Made by a program: the position numbers and the translations under genes
Part shown: piece by piece, positions 36,135 to 44,148 of the stretch
Layout of the letters: every line of letters starts with the position of its first letter
Numbering within the stretch: position 1 is the stretch's first letter
Origin: a virus
Taxonomy: Duplodnaviria; Heunggongvirae; Uroviricota; Caudoviricetes
Virus record (IMG/VR): IMGVR_UViG_3300037466_002980
Location: 64,001 to 128,000 of that record
Strand: one strand, 5' to 3'
DNA length: 64,000 nt
Notes under the pieces: generated by a model
What the model was told of the DNA's origin: nothing
The model's database searches: none
Seen by the model: the letters and a program-made list of their open reading frames with translations, nothing else

Positions 36135-37594
36135 TAATATTCTACCTTTGTAACGCTAAATGGATACTCCGATTCATTATAGAATTTTTTTCGTTTTGTT
36201 AAATGCCTCTTAGAGAATTTACAATTAGAACAGATATCATAGACATCTACAAAATCCTTATCAGGTGCTACTCGAATACCTCTACCAATACTCTGAATAA
36301 CTCTAACAAAACTCTTTCCTGCTTCAAATAAAACAAGGTTAAAAATTCGAACAATATTAATACCAGTTGAAGCCACGCCATATGTTGCAATAATAACCTT
36401 ATTATCAACTTCTTGTACTTCTTTATATTCTTCTTTTCTATCTTTTGATTTCATTTTACCCGAAACAAAAATAGAATCTGGAATTAATTTTTCTAACATT
36501 TCTCCCGTCTGAACTCTATCTACAAGAACTAAGGTATTGCCTTTTTCGGAAATATTCTTAACACTTTCTGCCACAAATTTCAAACGATGTTCACTGGTAG
36601 TTAACCATTTCAATTCCTGTTGATAACTATCAAAGACATCACCTAGATCTTGAAGTTGCCAAACATTAATATGAAGTTTAGCTAATATTCCTTTTTCTTG
36701 TAATTCTTTGGTCCTAATTGTTCCTAACATAGGCCCAATGCAAGCAAGAACGGCTAATTTATCAAACTCTTCCTCTGGCATTGTTCCCGTTAGCCCCCAT
36801 CGAATTGGGCAGTCCTTCAAATAAGAACTCAATAATTTTCTTAGAACGTCTGCTTTTGCTTTGTGAACTTCGTCTACGATAACCGCTGTGACACCGCTGA
36901 AGAATTCTTCTATATTGATTGGTAAATCTTCTTCGGATTTCGATTTTTTTGCTAAATTTTCTAGACTTTGCCATGTGCAGATTGTATGGGTTTTTCCATA
37001 TTCCTTTCTATCACCGAAGAATACACCGACATCTAAACCAAAATTTCGATAATCTTCTTCTGTCTGAGTTACTAAATCCTTTGTAGGAACAATAACAATA
37101 CTTCTACCATATGGTTCCACTTTATGGCTTAAAATAGCAGTAATAATTGTTTTTCCTGCACCTGTCGGAGCAATATTAATACCTGTTGGATTTGTTAGAT
37201 AGGAATTTATAACATCAAGTTGATGCTCACGAAGTAAGACAGATTCTCCCGCCTTAGGATGACCTTTGGGCCAAATAATATGAGCATAACTATCCTCATT
37301 AACTTCTTCAAATTCAAATTCCGGAGATGGTTGACGTTGATCGTCAATTTCTATTTCATATCCTTCGTGTTGTATTACAGGCAGCAATTTATCAAGTAAA
37401 TTTAGATAAGATCTACCACCTATATCACAGAATGAAATCTTTCCGTTCCATCTTCCTAATTTGAATGCTGGCGTATGTCTTGCATACGGAACCATAAATT
37501 CCAATGCTTGAACCAATTTACGTCGTGTTGATACATCAAGGTCAGTAAACCGGATGTTTACCTCATCGAGTATCTGTAAGGTTGTTTTTGCCAT
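36134..37594 (-). CDS. uvsW: UvsW-like SF2 DNA helicase
   Basis: APTGAGKT, DEVH, GLTGT, STGINI and QSIGRGIR. Confidence 0.92.
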   Translation of the reverse strand: MAKTTLQILDEVNIRFTDLDVSTRRKLVQALEFMVPYARHTPAFKLGRWNGKISFCDIGGRSYLNLLDKLLPVIQHEGYEIEIDDQRQPSPEFEFEEVNEDSYAHIIWPKGHPKAGESVLLREHQLDVINSYLTNPTGINIAPTGAGKTIITAILSHKVEPYGRSIVIVPTKDLVTQTEEDYRNFGLDVGVFFGDRKEYGKTHTICTWQSLENLAKKSKSEEDLPINIEEFFSGVTAVIVDEVHKAKADVLRKLLSSYLKDCPIRWGLTGTMPEEEFDKLAVLACIGPMLGTIRTKELQEKGILAKLHINVWQLQDLGDVFDSYQQELKWLTTSEHRLKFVAESVKNISEKGNTLVLVDRVQTGEMLEKLIPDSIFVSGKMKSKDRKEEYKEVQEVDNKVIIATYGVASTGINIVRIFNLVLFEAGKSFVRVIQSIGRGIRVAPDKDFVDVYDICSNCKFSKRHLTKRKKFYNESEYPFSVTKVEY

Positions 37595-37974
37595 TATTCG
37601 CTTAATTCAAAATCTGCTGTACCAACAAGAAGAAAAGTATTTTCATCGGAAATTTTTGCAACAAAGCTAATTTCGTCGATTCGTTTTTCAATTGTTGCAG
37701 AGGTTTTTACAGAAAGTGTTATCATCTCCTTGCTGATTATATATGCATTATCTGTATTATTAATTACTGCATATTCATCTGGTTCAATTTCGATATTAAC
37801 TGTTTTGCCTTTTTCATCTAGGTTTCTAATTATATGAAATTCTTTTGAGACTCCATGTTTTGAAACTAGATTCAAGACATCCTCTTTTAATTTTTTCTTT
37901 GCTTTTCTAATGTCTGAATCAATTTTCTTAGAAACAGATTCATTTGCCATTTTAACCATTTCATCAATATCCAT
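37594..37974 (-). CDS. Hypothetical protein
   Basis: Start moved to ATG 37974 behind AAGGAG. Confidence 0.6.
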   Translation of the reverse strand: MDIDEMVKMANESVSKKIDSDIRKAKKKLKEDVLNLVSKHGVSKEFHIIRNLDEKGKTVNIEIEPDEYAVINNTDNAYIISKEMITLSVKTSATIEKRIDEISFVAKISDENTFLLVGTADFELSE

Positions 37975-37984
37975 TTTATTCTCC

Positions 37985-38446
37985 TTATAGAGTTGCATCA
38001 TCTAATCCAGCAACCCTCAATTTAATAATGTGTCCGGTCATAAAATTCTTAGTTTCAAATCCCTTTGAAATTCCTAAAAATTTATTTCTTAACAATGCGA
38101 CTTCGTTTACCAATAATGTTAAATCGATTACATCTTGAACACCATCAACATATTTTTCAGCATCCCTTGAACTTAATACCTTGTTATAGGTTTCTAAAAA
38201 TTTCTTAAATTCCTGCGATCTTTTCTTCTTTAATTCGATATTCAAAAATTCTAATATAGCTTCAATTTCCTGAAGCTGTGAGAATCTATATTCAACCAAA
38301 CCTGGAAGTTCTGCTGCATGTTTTTCAAGAGTTTTTCCTTTTAAAGATAACTCTTTTCTTGCTTCTTCTAATTCGCCTTCAAAATATACAATGCACGGAG
38401 GTACATTGTTAAAACTTGAAACTACTTTGTAATACCAATCTGACAT
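37985..38446 (-). CDS. uvsY: UvsY-like recombination mediator
   Basis: Helical protein with LSSRDAEKYVDG and IKLRVAGL, located between uvsX and uvsW. Confidence 0.75.
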   Translation of the reverse strand: MSDWYYKVVSSFNNVPPCIVYFEGELEEARKELSLKGKTLEKHAAELPGLVEYRFSQLQEIEAILEFLNIELKKKRSQEFKKFLETYNKVLSSRDAEKYVDGVQDVIDLTLLVNEVALLRNKFLGISKGFETKNFMTGHIIKLRVAGLDDATL

Positions 38447-38447
38447 T

Positions 38448-38621
38448 TTAATAAAGTAATGAAATGTGCCATCGTCTAATTATTTCAATGACATCGGGGT
38501 TATCTTTTGTTATTCTTTGCCACCATTCGGAATTTGTTTTTATTTCACGTAAAAGATCTTCATGACTATAAACATATCCCTTGAGTATTTCTACTAATAA
38601 TAAATCGTAATCAACTTTCAT
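38448..38621 (-). CDS. Small hypothetical protein
   Basis: Likely start MKVDYDLL at 38621. Confidence 0.45.
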   Translation of the reverse strand: MKVDYDLLLVEILKGYVYSHEDLLREIKTNSEWWQRITKDNPDVIEIIRRWHISLLY

Positions 38622-38865
38622 TTGCAATGCGATGTAGAATATCGCCATGACATGCTAACGGTGCACAGAAACAAATTAAATCTTTTCCTTTTAATTCTTT
38701 TCTTGCTGCCTCTATTAGAGCAGGATTTGACAATAGATATTGTTCAAATCTACGAACCACATCTTCGCGTGTTCCATCTTTGCCTATTACGAAAGGATTT
38801 CCCCATTTACTAGGTCGCCCGATATAAACACCGTTAGATGTGTTTCGTTTATTTAAAACCGCCAT
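38611..38865 (-). CDS. DUF4326 family protein
   Basis: VYIGRPSKWGNPF and LKGKDLICFCAPLACHGDIL. Confidence 0.9.
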   Translation of the reverse strand: MAVLNKRNTSNGVYIGRPSKWGNPFVIGKDGTREDVVRRFEQYLLSNPALIEAARKELKGKDLICFCAPLACHGDILHRIANES

Positions 38866-38867
38866 TC

Positions 38868-39191
38868 TTAAATCAGTTTATGTACTTTTTTAATCGCAAT
38901 TTCCATAGCCTGAACTAAAAGAACAGCTTTCTGTGTTCTGGTCATTTGCATTCTCTTGATAGCCATAGCTCGTGGAGGGACCCCTAGGTCTTCTGCAAGA
39001 GCCTTATGTACCCTTGTCAGATTGGCAGGTTCAGATATCCATGCAACGTAATCAGCGCCCACAGTTGTATCTCTCATTCCTTCTTTAAACTGCTGGATTT
39101 TCGTTATAGTATCTTGAACATCCTTACGTCTAATTGCTTCAAGTAGCATTTCTCCAGAATTAATCGTTCCAGTCATTGTCTTCCTCATCAT
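38868..39191 (-). CDS. Hypothetical protein
   Basis: 107-aa ORF. Confidence 0.6.
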   Translation of the reverse strand: MMRKTMTGTINSGEMLLEAIRRKDVQDTITKIQQFKEGMRDTTVGADYVAWISEPANLTRVHKALAEDLGVPPRAMAIKRMQMTRTQKAVLLVQAMEIAIKKVHKLI

Positions 39192-39390
39192 ACGAATTTG
39201 ATAGATGACTCTTGGCTGCTGCTGTTAGTTCTTTATCAAGATCTTCGTCTAATAAACTATTTTCGATAAATCCAAATTCATCGAACACAGCAATAAGCGT
39301 ATCGGCTGCCTCTAATCTTTCTTTTGCCGGAATATATGATTTAATTCTAGCCCAGAGCTCTAATAATAAATCGTGTTGATCATTTATCAT
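39160..39390 (-). CDS. Hypothetical protein
   Basis: 76-aa ORF directly after uvsX. Confidence 0.7.
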   Translation of the reverse strand: MINDQHDLLLELWARIKSYIPAKERLEAADTLIAVFDEFGFIENSLLDEDLDKELTAAAKSHLSNSYDEEDNDWND

Positions 39391-39391
39391 A

Positions 39392-40492
39392 TCAAACCTC
39401 TTGGTCCACCATTACTGGTACCTGAATACCATCTTCAGGAGAATCATGAATCACCACCCTAAAATCATCGTCTGTGAATTCATCCATAATTACTTTCATC
39501 TTTTCAATATCGTTCCATTCTTTACGGAAGTATTTCATTTCCTCTCCGGTGCGCTTGGAGACATATTTATATCGATTGCCCTCTTTTATAAGAACTCCTG
39601 ATTTTTCAAATAAATCAAACAGGCCGGAAATTGGATTCATACCCGATTCCCACGGAATATCAATCTTGATAGATTCAAATGGTTTTGAGTATCTAGTTTT
39701 AACAACCTTACACGTTGCACGAATTCCTCGCACTTCTGATACCTTGCTTCCATCTTCGTCTTCTTTTAATTTGTATTTCTTCATTGCAACAACAATACTC
39801 GATGCAAAGATAAACCCCGATCCACCGGAAATTTTATCATCGGGATCAAACATATCCTGACTTGCATATGTATGGTTTGTAACTGCCATACCGATATTTA
39901 GGTCTCCAAACATGTTAACGCAATTAGAAACAAATGCCTTCAACTGCTTTGCCTTTCTGCCCATGTCTCCCTTCATATCGCCTTGCTGGAACTGATTAAC
40001 TTCTGTTGGTGTTAATAACATTCCGATTGAGTCAACAATGAATAAGACTTTTGGTCTATCATCTCTTGGCAAATCAAAATAACTTTGTTTATATTCGGTT
40101 ACAAAATCATGAACAATTTTTGCAACTTCATCGACCATCGATGCACTAATACGAAGCATTTTTTCTTCACTAGTATCGACACCTAGATTTTTTAACCATT
40201 TTTCATCTAAGGCATTTTCAGTATCAATCATAACTACGAAAATACCCTGTTCTTGTGCCGCCTTGGCAACATTACCAGATACGATATAGGATTTTCCTGC
40301 ACCAGATTCTCCAGCAAATACAGTTACCTTACCCATTGGAATTCCTCTATAGAAATTTCCGCTAATTAAGTAATTCAATCCGTAAGAACCAGTACTAATC
40401 CAGATATCAGGATCATTGAATCCCGTTGAAATACCTGTAATATTCTTTGTTAAATTTTTTCTAAATTTTGAGATATCAATTGGCTTCGACAT
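39392..40492 (-). CDS. uvsX: UvsX/RecA-like recombinase
   Basis: ISTGS..LN, AGESGAGKS, IDTENA, IVDSIG, NHTY, ISGG and KTRY. Confidence 0.94.
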   Translation of the reverse strand: MSKPIDISKFRKNLTKNITGISTGFNDPDIWISTGSYGLNYLISGNFYRGIPMGKVTVFAGESGAGKSYIVSGNVAKAAQEQGIFVVMIDTENALDEKWLKNLGVDTSEEKMLRISASMVDEVAKIVHDFVTEYKQSYFDLPRDDRPKVLFIVDSIGMLLTPTEVNQFQQGDMKGDMGRKAKQLKAFVSNCVNMFGDLNIGMAVTNHTYASQDMFDPDDKISGGSGFIFASSIVVAMKKYKLKEDEDGSKVSEVRGIRATCKVVKTRYSKPFESIKIDIPWESGMNPISGLFDLFEKSGVLIKEGNRYKYVSKRTGEEMKYFRKEWNDIEKMKVIMDEFTDDDFRVVIHDSPEDGIQVPVMVDQEV

Positions 40493-40549
40493 AAGCCTCC
40501 TTCTTAAATAATTGTCATAAGAGGGGCGCCTTCACGCCCCAATCAGAAT

Positions 40550-41572
40550 TTACTTATTTCTATTTCTGAGCATCGCAAGAATTTCTTGCGGACTCTTTCC
40601 TGCAGCAGAAGAAGAAACAGTTGTTTCCACCTTTTCGGTACTTTCTTCTACGACAGTTGTCGAAGTTGTGGAATCATCTTCGTCGTCTTCAACAATAGGT
40701 GCTGGTGCTGGTTTCGAAACAGGCATTTGTCTTGTAAATGTGTTCTTACGACCTTCAGTGCCTTCCTCGTCGAAGACTGAATCAAACCCACTTGGTTTGT
40801 AATATTGGCCCCATTTATCTGGATCATATAATTCACCATCAAGTGAAGCTTGGAACATTTCGAATTGTATTGCCAACTGTTCCGGTGTTGGCTTCTTTGG
40901 TAGATAACTAGTGAGGTCTACTAATCCATATTGATTAATTGCATCTTGCATTTCTTCAGTTAGACTAGATTCTTTTCTAGCCCACTTCGAAGTTCCATAA
41001 TCAGCAAATCCGCCTTTACTGGTCTTTGATACAATAAAATCTGTACCATTGATATAGTCAACAGGACTATGTTCCATATCTGGATCCAATAATGCTGCTT
41101 TGATAATTGCAAAGATTTGTGGTGTGATAATAAACTTACGAATTGGATTTTCTGGTGGTGTCGCTTCATTGAGTGGATCTTGCTTCACAAAACCTTGCAT
41201 ATAATAGGTACGTTTTACCCAATATGTGCTCGCGGTTTCCTTAAGTGAATCGTCTCTCCACCATGGTCTAACTTCGTTAAGAATAGGACACGAATTTTTT
41301 CCATCCCACATTTCAATGCACGGAATCTGAACTACAACCTTCTTGTTTTCGTCCTGTCCTTTTATGCCGGGAAATGGAAATTTAAATAATTGTCTTTCTG
41401 ACCAAAAGAATGTATTGTTTGAATTAGCATCTGGCAAAAACCTAAGTATTGTCGATGTTCCTTCTGGGATATTCCAGTGTGGATATGTTGTTTTATCCAT
41501 GGAACCTGTTGAATTTCTCTTACCTTCTAACTGACGTAATTTAGCACGGATTTCTTCTAAAGATTTTGACAT
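40550..41572 (-). CDS. gp32-like single-stranded DNA-binding protein
   Basis: LRFLPD, PCIEMW...CPIL, G.DF...KTSKGGFADY..SKW and an acidic tail. Confidence 0.88.
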   Translation of the reverse strand: MSKSLEEIRAKLRQLEGKRNSTGSMDKTTYPHWNIPEGTSTILRFLPDANSNNTFFWSERQLFKFPFPGIKGQDENKKVVVQIPCIEMWDGKNSCPILNEVRPWWRDDSLKETASTYWVKRTYYMQGFVKQDPLNEATPPENPIRKFIITPQIFAIIKAALLDPDMEHSPVDYINGTDFIVSKTSKGGFADYGTSKWARKESSLTEEMQDAINQYGLVDLTSYLPKKPTPEQLAIQFEMFQASLDGELYDPDKWGQYYKPSGFDSVFDEEGTEGRKNTFTRQMPVSKPAPAPIVEDDEDDSTTSTTVVEESTEKVETTVSSSAAGKSPQEILAMLRNRNK

Positions 41573-41682
41573 GATTTATAAATTTTCCTTATGTTGAACG
41601 CAATTTCCCCGAGTTGCAGCTTACTTAGGCCACGTTACGCCTGTTCACGCCTTTATGATGTACAACTTTTCGTATAGCAACT

Positions 41683-41712
41683 ATTATACGAAAACTAATA
41701 TCTGTGTGTCAA
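41683..41712 (-). promoter_or_regulatory. sigma70-like promoter for the SSB gene
   Basis: TTGACA-18 nt-TATAAT; a second, late-like motif at 41753-41760. Confidence 0.7.
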
Positions 41713-41763
41713 GAATTTCAAGATCTTCTACGAAAATCTTGTAATCGTAATTTATTTATCTCT

Positions 41764-42588
41764 TTAAAATTCTTTCTGATCTAATTTTCTACAGATCATA
41801 TCTTGATTTTTTGAATGATAAATGATACGTTGAGTTTTATTATCGTATTCAAAATGACTACTCCATGCATGACAAACAATAGGATTTGGTATTTCCATAT
41901 CATTTTCCACATTATTCGGAATGTCCTCTATTCTATAGATACACATCTTGAAGTCTAATCCGACATTGTTAAATTCACCTGGTTCACGTTCATATGCCAT
42001 TGATGGTGTATCAATAACAAATATCCGTGGTGGAAGTGTTTTATAATCTGATCTTTTCAATAATTCATATAATGGAATGGTATGATCCATTGAATACTCA
42101 CCTATCTTAGAAGTCCAACGATAATATGCTAATCGCCCTCCAATTAATTCTCTTTCTTCTTCATCCGGAGTTCCATAATATAACGGATCCTTTGAAACAG
42201 AATCGATTGACCATTCATGAAAAGAAAATAATCTTCTTTTATCAAGATGTTTAACAATTTCTCCAATTCGATATGTATTTGCTCCGTTTGGACCAATAAT
42301 CGTTACATAAGTGCATCCACGTATATATTGAACGAATGCATATTTTTGAAGATTTTCCCAGGTATCTGCTTCGAATCCAGCCCGTAGAATAGTACCATAA
42401 TATGGCGAGGTATCTTTTCCATCAATAGAACTAAAACTAGTAATATCGATAAAAAATTTCGTAATACCACAATTGTTACAGAAATCGGTATATTGTCTCA
42501 CCTGATGGTGAATCAATTGTTCCTTTGCGAAACTATCCGCTAAGAAAAAAGCAAGGAAAAAGAAAATGAATTTAATAATTGTATTCAT
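41764..42588 (-). CDS. Putative exported protein
   Basis: Signal-peptide-like MNTIIKFIFFFLAFFLADSFA; six Cys. Confidence 0.65.
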   Translation of the reverse strand: MNTIIKFIFFFLAFFLADSFAKEQLIHHQVRQYTDFCNNCGITKFFIDITSFSSIDGKDTSPYYGTILRAGFEADTWENLQKYAFVQYIRGCTYVTIIGPNGANTYRIGEIVKHLDKRRLFSFHEWSIDSVSKDPLYYGTPDEEERELIGGRLAYYRWTSKIGEYSMDHTIPLYELLKRSDYKTLPPRIFVIDTPSMAYEREPGEFNNVGLDFKMCIYRIEDIPNNVENDMEIPNPIVCHAWSSHFEYDNKTQRIIYHSKNQDMICRKLDQKEF

Positions 42589-42607
42589 TTTCTTTTGCTT
42601 TTTCTTA

Positions 42608-44113
42608 TTAATTACGATTTAGAAATGTAAAATCGAATCGATTAAAATATGTTGATAATTCAATTGATTCTTTCAATTCTTTTTCTTTTTCCTCTTCGTG
42701 ATCCTTAACTTTGGCATTTTCCAAGACCTGTCTAAGAATAGCTTTTTCAAAATCATTAACAGCAGATTCTTTACAAAGTTTGGTGCCAATCTTATTAATA
42801 AAACCAGCCAATTCATCATTTTCAGTTATTCTTAATGCTAATTCGTTAATCTTAAATCCAAGTTTCGCATTCTCGCTTGAGAATTCAAATATTGGAGTTG
42901 TATTTATTGTTTCTGGTTTTAGGAAAATTGTATTACCGGCTGCTTCTTCAATTCTCTTAAAATAAGTGTCCTTTTCCTGAACCAATTGTTTAACAATCGG
43001 GAGAACTTCTTCAAACTTTTCATCAAATCTACGAATTGTGAATAATTCTTTCAAGTTTGAAACATCATCTTCTTCGAGAGTTTCTCTTTCAAATGTTTCA
43101 AGTCTTGCTTTCACACTTTCATATGTTTTAACACCGGTTAATTTTCTTAATTCAGTTCTAAGTGTTTCGATACTTTCTTTGATTGTTTCAACTATAGAAG
43201 AACTATCTTCATTAATTAATTTATTGTTGGTAACATAACGATTAAAAGATTGAAGCTTTAGTAATTGTCCGGTGCTTTCTGAAATATAGCTTCCAACTTT
43301 ATCGTTCATTGCTCCACCATGTGCTAAATGCTGAGCCATGGCTCTTGCTCCAGCAAGATAATTATGTGGGAAACGGAATCTCTCTCCATTGCATTCAAGG
43401 AAGATCGCACTAATATGGCGAGATCTTGCACCACGAACATTTTCATCAATTGGTGTCTTATGACGAACTAAAATTTTAACATTTTCTAATGTCTGTTGGG
43501 AAGTACGCAATGTTCCAAACATCTTGCTAAAACTTTCCATCATTGTTTCTTCAACCTTAACAGAATAGATAGGACCGACACCATCGTTTTCGATTGTTAT
43601 TTTTCCTAATTGTGCTAATCGATTTACAACAGGACGTAATTCACTTACGTCATTAAGACCTAGTGTTCCCAATAAATCAACTTCACTCATGCTTCCACCA
43701 CAGTCTTTTATCAACTTTAGAGTTTTTCCAACAAGGTGGTGATTAATTGGTTTTACAGTATCTTCCATGACAGATTCTTCCTTCCTCATTTTAGCCTGAT
43801 ATGCATAATCCTTTGGCTGAATTGTCTTACCAAAAACTTTAATTGAAGAATTCATTAAAAATTCATCAGCAAGTTTTCTAATATTCTTTTGTAAAGAAAG
43901 TACCTCATCTCCTGTGGTTCTTCCCTTACTAAATTCCACTGTGTTACTATCTTCATCGATAGTAACCATAATATTGGGATCGATCGCAAAGAATCTTCGT
44001 CCTTGAGTTGGATCGGTAGTCTCTGCTCCTTCTTCGTTAAAAATTTTGATCTGAAGGCCATTTCCCTTTAAAAGGGCAAATACCTTTTCTGCTAGATCAT
44101 TAATTTCAACCAT
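42608..44113 (-). CDS. Late protein of unknown function downstream of terminase
   Basis: 501 aa; GARSRHI...GERF...GARAMAQH; late motif at 44133-44140. Confidence 0.7.
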   Translation of the reverse strand: MVEINDLAEKVFALLKGNGLQIKIFNEEGAETTDPTQGRRFFAIDPNIMVTIDEDSNTVEFSKGRTTGDEVLSLQKNIRKLADEFLMNSSIKVFGKTIQPKDYAYQAKMRKEESVMEDTVKPINHHLVGKTLKLIKDCGGSMSEVDLLGTLGLNDVSELRPVVNRLAQLGKITIENDGVGPIYSVKVEETMMESFSKMFGTLRTSQQTLENVKILVRHKTPIDENVRGARSRHISAIFLECNGERFRFPHNYLAGARAMAQHLAHGGAMNDKVGSYISESTGQLLKLQSFNRYVTNNKLINEDSSSIVETIKESIETLRTELRKLTGVKTYESVKARLETFERETLEEDDVSNLKELFTIRRFDEKFEEVLPIVKQLVQEKDTYFKRIEEAAGNTIFLKPETINTTPIFEFSSENAKLGFKINELALRITENDELAGFINKIGTKLCKESAVNDFEKAILRQVLENAKVKDHEEEKEKELKESIELSTYFNRFDFTFLNRN

Positions 44114-44148
44114 ATCTTTCCTTATTTCCTCTTATTTATCTAAATACT

